From: Histomonas meleagridis 2922-C6/04-290x
Lineage: Eukaryota; Protista; Parabasalia
Assembly (NCBI GenBank): GCA_020184695.1
Contig: JAANOX010000083.1
Location: 124,001-188,000, forward strand
Length of the DNA stretch: 64,000 nucleotides
Reading direction: 5' to 3'
In this document: positions 52,337-63,999 of the stretch, in pieces
How positions within the stretch are numbered: the first letter of the stretch is position 1
Layout of the letters: each line of letters begins with the position of its first letter
Program-made: the position numbers and the translations under genes
The notes under the pieces: model-generated
Database searches by the model: none
Seen by the model: only the letters and a program-made list of their open reading frames with translations
What the model was told of the DNA's origin: nothing

Positions 52337-53374
52337 ATGAATTTTTTTTATTTGTGCCACGATATAAAAGTGGCGGCATTAACCAACTTGCACCAAAAAG
52401 AAAAACCGTATAAAACAATAATTTTTGTAATTTTTATTGGGTTTGTGTGTTTCCCTTTTACATCTCGAATTTTTTTAACAAAAATGCATCCAAAAGATTC
52501 ATTTGATTTAATCATTTATGAATCTTGGTCTAAACACTGCCCTTTCTGTAACATCACTGCAACAATTACACCAACAGCAACTAAAGAAGATGCAATAATG
52601 ACAGTTATTACACATTATAAACCAAGTGTTGGTTATTTAATTCGTTCGCTTCGTTCAGTTGGCTGCCAAGCTACTATTGTTTGTTTTGTACCAGATAACG
52701 TTAATATTCCACGAGAAATCCTTAATTGTGGGCTTGAACTTGTATACATATCAAATGTTACAACTCGCCTCTCTACAAGTGTTGAAAAATATCGATGGGA
52801 ATTATATTACAAATACCTTACAGGTGAAGGGAAGAAGTTCAGACGGGTAATGCATACTGATGGATTTGATGCATTTTATTTTGGAGATCCATTTTCAGTT
52901 GCAACAGATGAAAACACTTTGTATTTCCAATCTGAGAGCCGACCTATTTCTAGATGTTCTTATAACTCTGCTTGGATACTCGGATGCCATTACAATCTTA
53001 CTACTGAAATATTGGAAAGTCCAATAATTTGTAGCGGATCATTAATTGGTGGACGTGTACCATTCATTAAAATGGTTGAACTGTTAATAACACATGATGA
53101 GTGGATGCAATGTTGGGACCATGGCTTTGATCAAGGCGATTTTAACTATGTCATTTACACGCGATTAAATCAAAGTTATATTAAACATGAAATTATCGAC
53201 TGTAATGGAAGATTTATATCGATGCATTACTGTTGGCCGAAGGGTAAACATTTGGCGCCTTCGGGCCATTTCCCGACGCGAGATGATAAGGACACACTGG
53301 TATATATGCACCAGTATAATAGGCACCAGAACATAATCGACTACGTGAGAGAAAAATGTAATCCGGAAATATGA
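52337..53374 (+). CDS. Glycosyltransferase-like type II membrane protein, 345 aa
   Basis: TM near the N-terminus, VMHTDGFDAFYFGDPF (DxD-like), ICSGSLIGG and DQGDFNY. Confidence 0.65.
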   Translation: MNFFYLCHDIKVAALTNLHQKEKPYKTIIFVIFIGFVCFPFTSRIFLTKMHPKDSFDLIIYESWSKHCPFCNITATITPTATKEDAIMTVITHYKPSVGYLIRSLRSVGCQATIVCFVPDNVNIPREILNCGLELVYISNVTTRLSTSVEKYRWELYYKYLTGEGKKFRRVMHTDGFDAFYFGDPFSVATDENTLYFQSESRPISRCSYNSAWILGCHYNLTTEILESPIICSGSLIGGRVPFIKMVELLITHDEWMQCWDHGFDQGDFNYVIYTRLNQSYIKHEIIDCNGRFISMHYCWPKGKHLAPSGHFPTRDDKDTLVYMHQYNRHQNIIDYVREKCNPEI

Positions 53375-54318
53375 TAATTATGTTAAATGTGTAAAGAATT
53401 CGTTGAAATAAATATGAAAAAATTAATATGAATTTATGTAATACATTTAAGGAAAAATTTAATAATGTGATTTAACAAGATAAATATAAAGATGATGAAT
53501 TAATGGATGTGTATGATGAATGGATGATTTGTCTTCGAGATGTGTTAAGTACAGGTTGTGAGTTTATTAACTATAAATAAGGTTCGAAGTATTTATTATA
53601 TACCCTAGATTAATCTTAAATGTATTTATTATTACGGTAAAAATGATTATAATAAAAATACATATAATAATATCAAAACTATTGTTATGACATTAAATGA
53701 AAATGTATCAGATAATTGATGATTTAAGTGTTTATCTTGGTACTACTATTGAAGGATGTATTTCATGGCCTACGAACCCATTTACCATCACATTTATAAT
53801 AACAAATACAGCTGACAAATCAATAACATTCATATCAATAATAATATATATAACTTTCACACCCACTTAACTTAATCTTTATTTTTCATTACTTCTTTGT
53901 TAAACTCTTTCACATTGACTATGAATGGTCTCGATTATTTTTATATTACTCTTGATTTTGTGTATTATGAATGAAAATTAATAATTTAAACATATTCCAT
54001 AAGTTTTTACTTTGATTTCTATCCATTAATATCTACAAATTCACAAGTTAATACAAAAAACACCAACAATAAACTCTCATATAAAAATATTATTTTCATT
54101 ACGCAATTAATAATCAATATACTTAAGATTTTATCTTGTATACAATAGATTATGGCCTGTATTGTATTGCCAGATTATGAATATTTTTAATATTTTAACT
54201 AATCCTAATTATGGATATGACTTGTATAAATAAGGGTCAAGTTCAAAAATGATACACAAACAAATGCTTATTGTATGTTATTAATTCATATTTATAAAAA
54301 TAATTATCATTAGGTTGT

Positions 54319-54963
54319 TTAGTAACCAACTGTGAAACGTTTTCCAATATAATTACCATTTGCAATTTCATCAACCATTGCAACTGCATAATCAGAATTT
54401 GATATTTTGCTTTCACCTTTTTCATTAAATATTGTTTCATCACCGCTTAATCTAAATTTTCCTTGTTTCTCACCTGGATAAATTTCCATTGATGGACACA
54501 ATACAGTTCCTGGGACATCTTTTTGTTCCAACACAAGAGAAAGAAGTTTTGCAGTAGCATTTGCAAGTGGCATATATTCAGGTGGAAAGCCTGATGAGTC
54601 CATATTACGCGCTCCATTAGTAATAAGTGTTCCTGCACCACCGACAGCAAGAAGACGACGTGCTCCAACTTTTTTAGCGGCTTCAATTATGTTCTTTGTA
54701 GCATTAACTTGAAGTTCTTCCATTTTTTCAAATGTTGAATCCTTTGGTGGACAGTAAGCATGAATAACAATTTCAACACCTTTCAATGCTTCTTCAAGTT
54801 TTTGCAAATTAAAAACATCAGCAGCAATATGTGAACACTTTCCATTTGGAAATTGTTTTGGTGGATTCCTACTAATTGCAACTGTATCATAACCTCTTAA
54901 TACAGATTCTTCGAATATCTTTGCACCAATGAAACCAGTGGCACCAACAACAGCAACTTTCAT
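54319..54963 (-). CDS. NAD(P)H-binding reductase, YwnB/NADH-flavin reductase-like
   Basis: MKVAVVGATGFIG, RLLAVGGAGTL, PGEKQGKFR, SKISNSDYAVAMVDE..KRFTVGY. Confidence 0.9.
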   Translation of the reverse strand: MKVAVVGATGFIGAKIFEESVLRGYDTVAISRNPPKQFPNGKCSHIAADVFNLQKLEEALKGVEIVIHAYCPPKDSTFEKMEELQVNATKNIIEAAKKVGARRLLAVGGAGTLITNGARNMDSSGFPPEYMPLANATAKLLSLVLEQKDVPGTVLCPSMEIYPGEKQGKFRLSGDETIFNEKGESKISNSDYAVAMVDEIANGNYIGKRFTVGY

Positions 54964-55242
54964 CAATAAAAATGAAGTGATTTTGCTGAAGTTCTTCAAC
55001 AAAAGAAATTTCTGTTAAATTGAATTAATTCATTATAGAAATTTGAATGCGTAACGATTGCCCGACCAATCGTTTTAAATGATTTATGTATTTTTGCGTT
55101 TCGTTGAAGTAATTTTAAAATTTCTTATTAGTAATTAATGAAATAAGTTCAAATAAATTTCTTAAGATCAAATTAAATATTATGATATAATGCATATATA
55201 CAAAAATTACAGGAAATAAAAACATATAAAATATATTAAACT

Positions 55243-55872
55243 TTATTTTGATAAATGTATAAAATGATAAACATCAACTTGAATAGCTTTTATGTTCTGC
55301 TTATGGAACTTGTATAGTTTTTTTAAATCAAAGTCGACTTCCATCATTACTTCGCCTTTGATTCCTAATTTTGGTGCTGCAATATCTAATACATGATGTC
55401 TTGTAGATGTTTTATGAAATGAATAAATACCACCAGTTGAAATATTAGAGGCTACTTGAAGGAATTGTATGTCAACTCCTTTATTTCGTGTTCCAAAGGG
55501 AGGATTCATGATAACTGTATCAACTTGTATATCTGTTATTTTTGTGACATCTTCTTCATGAAAAATAATTTTTGGTTCTTCGTCAAATTTAAGAAGATCG
55601 AGATTTCGTTTAGCAGCTTCAATACTTAATGGATCAATATCAAAGGCATGAACTTCAGCAGCTCCCATACATAATGCAGCAATAGATAAGATACCACAAC
55701 CACACCCAAGGTCTGCTACAACTTTTCCTTCTATATCATCATAAAGATTTGATGCATTGAATATAACTTCAGCTGCAAGTCTTGGAGGTGTAGGATATTG
55801 TTCGAGTTCAATATTTGGCTTTGGAGGTCCTTCAAATCCTTCAAGAAGTCTTTGGAGTGCTTTAAGTTTCAT
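55243..55872 (-). CDS. METTL5: rRNA N6-adenosine methyltransferase METTL5
   Basis: LEQYPTPP, VADLGCGCG, VIMNPPFGT, YSFHKTSTR, YKFHK. Confidence 0.93.
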   Translation of the reverse strand: MKLKALQRLLEGFEGPPKPNIELEQYPTPPRLAAEVIFNASNLYDDIEGKVVADLGCGCGILSIAALCMGAAEVHAFDIDPLSIEAAKRNLDLLKFDEEPKIIFHEEDVTKITDIQVDTVIMNPPFGTRNKGVDIQFLQVASNISTGGIYSFHKTSTRHHVLDIAAPKLGIKGEVMMEVDFDLKKLYKFHKQNIKAIQVDVYHFIHLSK

Positions 55873-56496
55873 TTTTGCTCAGCCAAAAATTTTGAGAAGA
55901 AAATTTTCTTCAATCGAAACGCGAAATCCACCCAAAGAACGAGAGTTTTCAATTGATTTATCGAATTTAAATTACACCATTTTAAGTTTTACAAAATTTT
56001 GGAATTTATTTGATAAATCGTGATATATTATTTTATAAGTATTTTTATTTTATTTACAAATAATTATATTTTTACATACACACTTTAATTTCCAACTATT
56101 TTAAGTCAAAAACAGCAACTTATAGCCAAAATTAAAAAATGTCAAAATCATATGAATGTGACCAATAATTATAAAACACAATAGATTTAGATCTAACCTA
56201 ATGGTAAACACTCATAGATTCATTTATTAGTTTATCTTGGTCTTGGTTAAAACAAGGGAAAAAGCATTTTTTTGTTTTTGATTATCAAGAAATCAGATTG
56301 ATTAAAATAATAAAAATAATACATATACAGCAAAACTTACCAATCACATGTAGATTCATGTAAAATTAGTTTAGGATAATTTGACTTTTTGCAACATTTT
56401 TTTTACGACTTTTATTTTTATTTCGTCAATTTTTTAACATTTCATACAAATTTTGATAAAATAAAATAAAATTTAATTCCTTACAAAAAATCTCTA

Positions 56497-59322
56497 ATGT
56501 TTCATCAACTCGAAATATCAAATACCACACTTCATAAAATCTCAAAATTTTTAAACAATAATGAAGGCACATTAACATCGATTAAAGAAGACCTAAAGAA
56601 TTCCCCAACCACTGTATTATTTTCATGTTTTCATTATCTTCGACAATGGCTCTGTGATAAATGTCAGCAAAATAAAAACATTCGATCAGCGTTATATTTA
56701 TTAGGAATTTTATATCAAAAAATTCCGTCGATAATTTTTATAAAAGAAGTAAACAAGTTAACAATTAAAATTAAAGAACCAAAATGGATTTTATATAATT
56801 TATATAGAGATATTGATTCAACACTATTTTATTTTAGAGATAATATATTTACAACTATAATATATGATGATTTTATAACGTCAGGAAATTCATATCAATT
56901 TATAACTCAAACATTTAATTTTGACATCGAAAACTTATTTCAAATTGATTATGATACAACATTTCAAGCAGCATGTATTAGACATTTTAAAAGATTAATT
57001 ATTAATCATGTGCCTGTTACTGTTTTTACGCAATTAACTGAGCGTAAAAACACAAGAATATTATTAACAAAAGCAATCATTGATATTTTAAATGAACTAA
57101 ACAAAGAACGAAACGCAACACAAGAAGAATTACTTTTTGCGTTTTCAAATGTATTTTTATATATAAATGCGTTTACTTTAACAAATCAAATCGATGGAAA
57201 TTTACTTTGTGACTTTATGCAAACAAGTCCATTCTTATCTCCTTTTTTAATATTATCAATGATTAATAATATTCCGATAACAATGTATTTATTTAATATG
57301 TTAACTCCAATAGAAACAAACCCAAAAAATTCGTTTCAAATGATTGAGTTATCATCATCAAATGAATTAGATTCTTTTGTTAAGCAAATACCAACAATTT
57401 TATCTAATTATTTTTTATCAACTAATGTTAATGAAGATAATTTAACATATAATAAAAATGATGATAATGAATTACTTTCATATATTCATTTATCATCATC
57501 TTCTTTATATAATAAAATGAAAGCCGTGTTAAGTGTAGCTCATGAAAGAAAATTAGGTCCATTACATGTTTCTGGTATGGGAATATTATTATTAAGATGT
57601 ATAACATTTTCATTACAAAGAACTTTAGGCGATTGTGCTGAAACTCGAATGTTCACACCGAATTTTTGTCATTTTGTTAAAACTGTTTTTTCTGTTTTAT
57701 CTACTGAGTTTTCTGATCAATTAGCCCAAAAATTTTTCGATTGTTCTATTAAAGATTTTAATTTAATTGATTTAACCATAAGAGGTGTATTTTCACATTT
57801 AATTCATGTTATACTTAATCATCCAACTAATAATCGAATTTGTAGTTTTTGTATTTTAGCAACACAACATCCAGAGTCATATAAAAGCGCACATTTACTA
57901 ATATCGAAATTATTTCAATGTGAGCAACCAAAGTTTTCACAACAAATCGAAGACATAATTAATAAATCAGGCGATATTTTTATATTAGTAGAAATTATTG
58001 AAGCAATATTTAATATGTTATATATCGATTCATTTGAACAATATAATAAAATAATGAAAATTGCCGAAGGAATTATTCATAAATTTGGAATCCAAATATC
58101 ACAACAAAACTCATTAATCTTTATCGATTCTATAAATTGTGATAAATCAAGTTTAAATAAAGAATCAATTACATTTATCTCCGAATTTTCTCAAATTAGA
58201 ATCAACTCATCAATTAGATCAAATGCATATTTTAATAGTAATAATGATATATCACCAATAATCTTTAAATTGTTTTCAATGACTAAACCTTTTACTAATT
58301 TAGAATACGCTGACTTCATAGTAGGTCAAATTTGTATTCTTTTGGAAAATTTATATCATACTGAAGATGGCCCAAGTAAATTCATATTAAGACCTTGTGA
58401 TTATGCATTACCAATAAGTCAATCATTAGTTGGTCGACTTTTAACATTTCATTTCCCTGATCTTGCTTTTAAACTAATACAAACAATGATTCCTGTTTTA
58501 GTTGAAGATTCAGCACCACTTCATTGGATTATTTCTTTCACCACTTTATATAGACATTTAATAACAAATGAAATCGCTGATTGTTTAAATAATATGATAA
58601 CTCAACTTCCATATGCTGATGAATATTATGTTTTAGAAAATGATAAAATGTTTTATCGAATTGGAAACTTATTAAGTACTAAAGAATTTGCTTTGATTCA
58701 AAACCCTGATTGTATTAATTGTGAATATCAATCAATATATTTACATGTAAATGCATTTTGTCATTGTTCGATTTCTCTTTCTTCTTTATCTGCTAAACAA
58801 ATTGCAAATCATTTATTAAGTCCTTTAAATGACATAAAATCTTTTTGGAAAAATAGAGAAGAAAATTTGATTTCTTTTGCGAAAATCGCTTCACAATTAC
58901 ATATTGATATTGAAATGGAATATTTGAGGAAATTGTTAAACAGTAGATATTGTCAAATTAGTATTAATATTGGAAGAATATTCTTTAAATTAATGCCTTT
59001 AAAAATACTTAAAAGTTTAGTTCGTAATTTTCAATCTTATGTATGTAATGAAAAAAATTTATTGTTTTTCTTACAAATTGTTTTTCCTCATTTTGATAGG
59101 TTTAAAGGTAATGAAACATTAGCAGCTAATTTATTATATAAAATATTAAATGTAACAAGTAAAAGTCAAAATAATGGTTTACTTAAAATTGCTGTTGATG
59201 TTATTGGAGTATTTTATTTGAAGTTAGACCTACACGAATTTAAAAAAAATCTTTTGGAAAATATTGGAGAAGTAAAAGACGAATACAAACAAAAACTTCT
59301 TTTCATTTTTGATTGTACTTAA
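56497..59322 (+). CDS. MED23: Probable Mediator subunit 23 homologue, 941 aa
   Basis: The C-terminal half matches recalled MED23 blocks in order: D..E..H..C..L..LSAKQIANHLL; V.NEKNLLF..IVFPHFDRF; LYKILNV; K.KLLFI. Recognition is from memory. Confidence 0.62.
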   Translation: MFHQLEISNTTLHKISKFLNNNEGTLTSIKEDLKNSPTTVLFSCFHYLRQWLCDKCQQNKNIRSALYLLGILYQKIPSIIFIKEVNKLTIKIKEPKWILYNLYRDIDSTLFYFRDNIFTTIIYDDFITSGNSYQFITQTFNFDIENLFQIDYDTTFQAACIRHFKRLIINHVPVTVFTQLTERKNTRILLTKAIIDILNELNKERNATQEELLFAFSNVFLYINAFTLTNQIDGNLLCDFMQTSPFLSPFLILSMINNIPITMYLFNMLTPIETNPKNSFQMIELSSSNELDSFVKQIPTILSNYFLSTNVNEDNLTYNKNDDNELLSYIHLSSSSLYNKMKAVLSVAHERKLGPLHVSGMGILLLRCITFSLQRTLGDCAETRMFTPNFCHFVKTVFSVLSTEFSDQLAQKFFDCSIKDFNLIDLTIRGVFSHLIHVILNHPTNNRICSFCILATQHPESYKSAHLLISKLFQCEQPKFSQQIEDIINKSGDIFILVEIIEAIFNMLYIDSFEQYNKIMKIAEGIIHKFGIQISQQNSLIFIDSINCDKSSLNKESITFISEFSQIRINSSIRSNAYFNSNNDISPIIFKLFSMTKPFTNLEYADFIVGQICILLENLYHTEDGPSKFILRPCDYALPISQSLVGRLLTFHFPDLAFKLIQTMIPVLVEDSAPLHWIISFTTLYRHLITNEIADCLNNMITQLPYADEYYVLENDKMFYRIGNLLSTKEFALIQNPDCINCEYQSIYLHVNAFCHCSISLSSLSAKQIANHLLSPLNDIKSFWKNREENLISFAKIASQLHIDIEMEYLRKLLNSRYCQISINIGRIFFKLMPLKILKSLVRNFQSYVCNEKNLLFFLQIVFPHFDRFKGNETLAANLLYKILNVTSKSQNNGLLKIAVDVIGVFYLKLDLHEFKKNLLENIGEVKDEYKQKLLFIFDCT

Positions 59323-59410
59323 GTAAAGCAAAATTAAACTGTTCTTATCGTTATCTGCCGGTGATCAAAATAAATTCAAATTTTTGTGTTAACGTACACC
59401 AAAGCCAAAA

Positions 59411-61660
59411 ATGACGAAGTCTTTATACGATTTTGTCTCATCAGTTCGATTACTTGAATCTCCTGAAGAAGAAAAGTTTATTATTTCAACAGAGAAAGCA
59501 GAAATTCGTTCATACTTAAGAAAGTTAGATCCTGATTTTAGGCCAACTATTGTTGCTAAGCTAATTTTTCTTAATCTTATGAATCAAGACACATCTTGGG
59601 GACAGATGGAAACCATTAATTTAATGGCTAGTGAAAGATTTAGTTATAAATCTATTGGCTATATTGGTGCTTCAATTCTTTTAGACCCAGAAAGTGAGAT
59701 TTCAATGCTTACCACGCAAATAATTACCAATGATTTGAATAGTCAGGATATAAATATTCAATGTCTTGCATTATCATATATTGCAAACAATGGTTCTAGA
59801 GACATTTGTAGAGCTGTTAGCTCTTCTGTTCAGCGGTTGTTTAATTCCCCAATAGCACGTATCATGAAATTTGCTGGGATGGCTGCAGCTAATATTGTTC
59901 GTACAAATCCTGATTTATCAGATGGGTTCAAGAACTCAGTTCAACCCCTTCTTAACAACAGTAATCATGGGGTTGTTAACTCCGGAATCAATCTTGTTCT
60001 CATCCTAATTAATAATTGTCCAAAGCTTGCAGGGATTTGGAAACAGTTTTCTGGTCCATTTACCAAAATCCTTAAAGGTCTTACTAATTCTAGATTAGGA
60101 AAAGAATTTAAATTTGAAACATTTAATGATCCTTTCATGCAAATTAATTGCTTAAAGGCACTTGGTGCACTTAAGAAAAGTTCTCAAGAACTTGATGAAT
60201 TACTTCAAACCATTATTTCAAGCACAGTAACAAAAAAAAACATTGGACGTTCAATACTTTACGAAGCCGTCGAAACCGTTATAACCGTTTCAAATAATCC
60301 ATCACTTCGAGCACTTGCTTTTAATCAAATTGGCCGTCTTTTTAAGACAAATAACCCTAGTGTAATTTATTCTTCTTTGTCTGCTTTTGCACGTATTCTT
60401 CAAAACAAAAAATTTGTTGTTGATGCAAATAATGTTGATACACAAGCCTTACAAAGATACAAGGCACAAGTTGTTAAATGTCTTGACCATCAAGACCCTT
60501 CGATTAGGAGACGTGCACTTGACGTAATAACAGCTTTGATTGATGAGAGTAATGCAGAATCACTTATCCCAGAAATCTTAGCCTATGTTAAACTTGCGGA
60601 CTCTGATTTTAGGACTGATATGATTTCAAGGATTTATACAGCCACACAAAAGTATGCGAAATCCAAAGAATGGAATTTCGACATCATTCATCAAATGTTA
60701 ATTGAAAGTGGAAACTACATATCCACTGAAATCATTACATCATTTTGTGAGTTAATTTCGAATAATCCTGATCTCCAACAATATTCTGTTGAAAAACTTA
60801 GTGCATCTCTTAGTAACTTTAGTGAAAACCAATCACTTGTTCAAGTTGCAGCCTTTATTATTGGAGAATTCGCCACCAATGATAATGGTGAACTTCAAAT
60901 TTTCAAGAAAATAATTTCATTACCACAAACCAAACCTGAGACCATAATGTACATAATAACATCCATGTCTAAGCTCTCTGTTCGTTTTAATTGTATCCAA
61001 GACACCACAGAGGTCCTCAAGTACTTGATGCAGAACAATAATCTCGAAGTTCAACAGAGAGCAGGTGAAATGACCAAATTACTGGGGCACCCCGAACAAT
61101 GTGAAGGCTTTTTTGCACCTTTAAATGATAATACGACTGAAACAAGTGAACAAAACCCATTATTAATAGTTGAAGATAACAAAGGAAATAATGATAATTC
61201 AAATCATGTTGATGATTTATTATTATCAATATTAGATAATGATTTTAATACTCAACAAAATGATCTATTGACATTACAAACTCAGCCTAAGCAAGAAATA
61301 CCATCTAAATTAAATGGTTTGACATTACTTTATGAAGGAAATAATTTTGTGATTTACGGACAATCGAAAGTTAATCCAAATGACCAACGACAAGTTGCAC
61401 TTCAACTTGTGTATTATTCGAAGAGCGACATGACATTAACAAATTTCGAAGTTGAATATGCTGTTTCTTATGGGTATAAAATGAATGTAACAAATGCGGA
61501 CAGAAAAAACGTTTCGAAAATTGGAAATGTTCCGATGGTTCAAATTGTTTACTTGTTGAACGAAAACGGACAAAAGTTCCAATTAAACGTTACGGCAAAG
61601 TATATGCGTGGCAACAAACAAATGAATGAAAATGGAATAATTAATGCGATTCCATTGTGA
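59411..61660 (+). CDS. AP1G: AP-1 complex gamma adaptin
   Basis: EEEKFIISTEKAEIR, WGQMETINL, KSIGYIGAS, DPFMQI, DPSIRRRALD, EVQQRA; linker and ear domain. Confidence 0.88.
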   Translation: MTKSLYDFVSSVRLLESPEEEKFIISTEKAEIRSYLRKLDPDFRPTIVAKLIFLNLMNQDTSWGQMETINLMASERFSYKSIGYIGASILLDPESEISMLTTQIITNDLNSQDINIQCLALSYIANNGSRDICRAVSSSVQRLFNSPIARIMKFAGMAAANIVRTNPDLSDGFKNSVQPLLNNSNHGVVNSGINLVLILINNCPKLAGIWKQFSGPFTKILKGLTNSRLGKEFKFETFNDPFMQINCLKALGALKKSSQELDELLQTIISSTVTKKNIGRSILYEAVETVITVSNNPSLRALAFNQIGRLFKTNNPSVIYSSLSAFARILQNKKFVVDANNVDTQALQRYKAQVVKCLDHQDPSIRRRALDVITALIDESNAESLIPEILAYVKLADSDFRTDMISRIYTATQKYAKSKEWNFDIIHQMLIESGNYISTEIITSFCELISNNPDLQQYSVEKLSASLSNFSENQSLVQVAAFIIGEFATNDNGELQIFKKIISLPQTKPETIMYIITSMSKLSVRFNCIQDTTEVLKYLMQNNNLEVQQRAGEMTKLLGHPEQCEGFFAPLNDNTTETSEQNPLLIVEDNKGNNDNSNHVDDLLLSILDNDFNTQQNDLLTLQTQPKQEIPSKLNGLTLLYEGNNFVIYGQSKVNPNDQRQVALQLVYYSKSDMTLTNFEVEYAVSYGYKMNVTNADRKNVSKIGNVPMVQIVYLLNENGQKFQLNVTAKYMRGNKQMNENGIINAIPL

Positions 61661-61707
61661 TAAATAAATAAATCTTTATAATACAAAGGAATTTTAAACC
61701 TAATTCG

Positions 61708-63999
61708 TTATTCGGCTTCGTTGGCATCTTTCGCATTGCTGCCGTTGTCTTCCTTCGCTCCTTTTTCTGTTTTGTCTTCGTCGCTTTCATTTGTTTCGTT
61801 TTCTTCTTTTGCTTCGCTTTTGTCTTTTTCTTCGCTTTCTTCATTATTTTCATTTGTTTCGTTTTCTTCCTTTGCGCCATTTTCGACTTTTCCTTTGTCT
61901 TCGTCGTTTTCTTTCGTTATTTGGTTATTTTCATTTGTTTCGTTTTCTTCTTTTGCTTTACTTTTGTCTTCTTCTTTATCCGTTTCTTTGACTTCGCTTT
62001 CTTTGATTCCTTCGTTGTTTTCGTTTTCTTTGTTTTCTTGCTTCACTTCACTTTTGTCTTCTTCTTTATCTTTTTCTTCAAGTTCGCTTTCTTTGATTAC
62101 TTCGTTATTTTCGTTTTCATTGTTTTCTTCCTTTTCATCTTTTTCTTTGTTATTATCTTCTTCTTTCTTTTCTTTGCTTTCGTTCTCGTTTGTTTCTTTC
62201 TCGGTCCAGAACTCGAATGTCACTGGTGCTCCGTTCTCTATCTTCAGCATTGCGAACTGTATTCCGTCCAATTCGTTATTGCACATCACCTTGAGCGCGC
62301 ACACACCTCCGGGCATTATCATTCCTCTTGTTGGCTCCAGCGCGACGTTCTCCGGCACGAAGGACACCTCCCAACTTGCGATTGCGCACGAGACATTTGT
62401 TATGAGCACTTCTTTGCATCCGTTTGTAATTCCGAATGAATTTGGCTCCGCAGTGCACTTAGGGAAAGAAAGCTTTGTAATTTCATTCAACTTTTTCATC
62501 CGAATTTCGTTAAACGCTTCTTGTTTTTCCTTGATGACATAAGGGACAGGGAAAAGATATAAAGCGGAAACAGGTCTATGATCACTGAACATATTATCGG
62601 GGTATGAAATGTATTCAGTGCATTTTGGTTGCGTTGGGAAATTCTTTTCGATTTCATTTGTGGAGAAATTCGATTCAGTTTCGAATTTCGTTTTAACATC
62701 GGAAAGTCGTAAAATATCTGTTTCGAAAACAGGCTTATCAAAATTGCCAACAGAAAGACGAGGATGAGAACAGTGTACTAATATTCGGTCAGTGTATGAA
62801 GGGATTCGTGTTATGTTATAATTGTTACAATGTTCTAAAAATTTATATGTCGGAGGAAATGTGATTTGTTCTTCATAATATGAAGAAAATTCTTTGTTCT
62901 CTGCTTTATATTGAAGAAGTTGTTCGTTTTTGAAGAGTTCATCGATGTTATTATTTTCAATAAGTCTAACAACTTCTTCAGATGGAATATCAATGCGATA
63001 ATTTAAATCGCCAAAAAACACCGAATAATCGTATGGTGTTTTAGAGACTTCTTCTAATAATATATTGACTTCTGAATTTCGTTTTTGATAATTTTCATTG
63101 TGAGGAGTTAAATGACAGCCGATAAACGCTATCGTCGTGTTGCCGTTAATTGAGATGTACGATAGAACGGCACTTTTGTTGGCACCAAACCCATTTACAC
63201 CCAAACGAACAGAGCGATGGGTCTCACATTTGATTGTTTCTGTGATATCTTTAAGTTTAACAATGCGTAGGTAAACTCCACCGAGTGATTCTTCAAAGAT
63301 TTTTTCATATAAGTGATTCTCATCAGCTTGATCAAATACTTCGCCCCATTTTTGACAAAGCTCAGAATCACCAAAAACTACAGCATGAATCGAAAAGTCT
63401 ATTTCTTGTAATACAATTGCAACAATTTTGGCATTATGAGTAAATATATGTTTAGCAGATTCAAAGGTATCCGATTCTGGAGGCCTTTGGGCAACATTCC
63501 ATGTAACCATAAAAACTGGGAAATCTGCCAATTCTGTATAGAAATGAAAATTTTGTAAATTTGTTCTACGTATCCATGTATCACGTGCACCTGCAAATAG
63601 ACCAAGAGGAAAGAAAGGAACTGCTTCAGTATGTATTATATTTTCATTTGGTGACTTGTGTCCATATTTATTCAAAAAAGATTGATTGTAGGATTCAAAA
63701 TTATCTTTTTCAACTTTAGTTATGGACCTGCATACATTAATCTGGGAATTGATAAGATCTGAGCAAGTAAGATTCGGAAATAATAAATCTAAAGCAATAT
63801 GACCGTAATTGGAAAATGTAATTCTAATTTTTGTCTCGTTTAATACAGATAAAACATATGTATTGATTGGAAAACATGCAATGACATTATCTTTCTTGAA
63901 ATATAGAAAGGCTTTGAAAAGTGAATCTTCTGCAAGTGCAATACCAACATTAAGCGATTCTGACGAATTTGCTAATATTGCTTTGAATTCTATCCAAGA
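61708..63999 (-). CDS. Inositol polyphosphate 5-phosphatase (OCRL/INPP5B-like), 5' end beyond window
   Basis: TWNV, FIGCHL, FGDLNYRI, PSYTDRIL and SDHRPV, then an ASH-like Ig segment and an acidic tail. The track start at 63675 is TTG and I read the frame open without stops to the window end. Confidence 0.9.
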   Translation of the reverse strand, partial: SWIEFKAILANSSESLNVGIALAEDSLFKAFLYFKKDNVIACFPINTYVLSVLNETKIRITFSNYGHIALDLLFPNLTCSDLINSQINVCRSITKVEKDNFESYNQSFLNKYGHKSPNENIIHTEAVPFFPLGLFAGARDTWIRRTNLQNFHFYTELADFPVFMVTWNVAQRPPESDTFESAKHIFTHNAKIVAIVLQEIDFSIHAVVFGDSELCQKWGEVFDQADENHLYEKIFEESLGGVYLRIVKLKDITETIKCETHRSVRLGVNGFGANKSAVLSYISINGNTTIAFIGCHLTPHNENYQKRNSEVNILLEEVSKTPYDYSVFFGDLNYRIDIPSEEVVRLIENNNIDELFKNEQLLQYKAENKEFSSYYEEQITFPPTYKFLEHCNNYNITRIPSYTDRILVHCSHPRLSVGNFDKPVFETDILRLSDVKTKFETESNFSTNEIEKNFPTQPKCTEYISYPDNMFSDHRPVSALYLFPVPYVIKEKQEAFNEIRMKKLNEITKLSFPKCTAEPNSFGITNGCKEVLITNVSCAIASWEVSFVPENVALEPTRGMIMPGGVCALKVMCNNELDGIQFAMLKIENGAPVTFEFWTEKETNENESKEKKEEDNNKEKDEKEENNENENNEVIKESELEEKDKEEDKSEVKQENKENENNEGIKESEVKETDKEEDKSKAKEENETNENNQITKENDEDKGKVENGAKEENETNENNEESEEKDKSEAKEENETNESDEDKTEKGAKEDNGSNAKDANEAE
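61711..62200 (-). repeat. Imperfect E/K/N-rich coding repeats (e.g. KEENETNENN, EKDKEEDKSE)
   Basis: The low-complexity tail of the 5-phosphatase has recurring units. Confidence 0.8.

Noticed and set aside
53470-53830. Coding-like relic (DDELMDVYDEWMICLRD.., DLSVYLGTTIEGCISWP)
   Set aside because: Many stops and no family recognised; cannot be assigned without a search.
61721-62542. 273-aa Ser/Phe-rich plus-strand ORF and its overlapping ORFs
   Set aside because: Antisense shadows of the E/K/N-rich tail of the 5-phosphatase.
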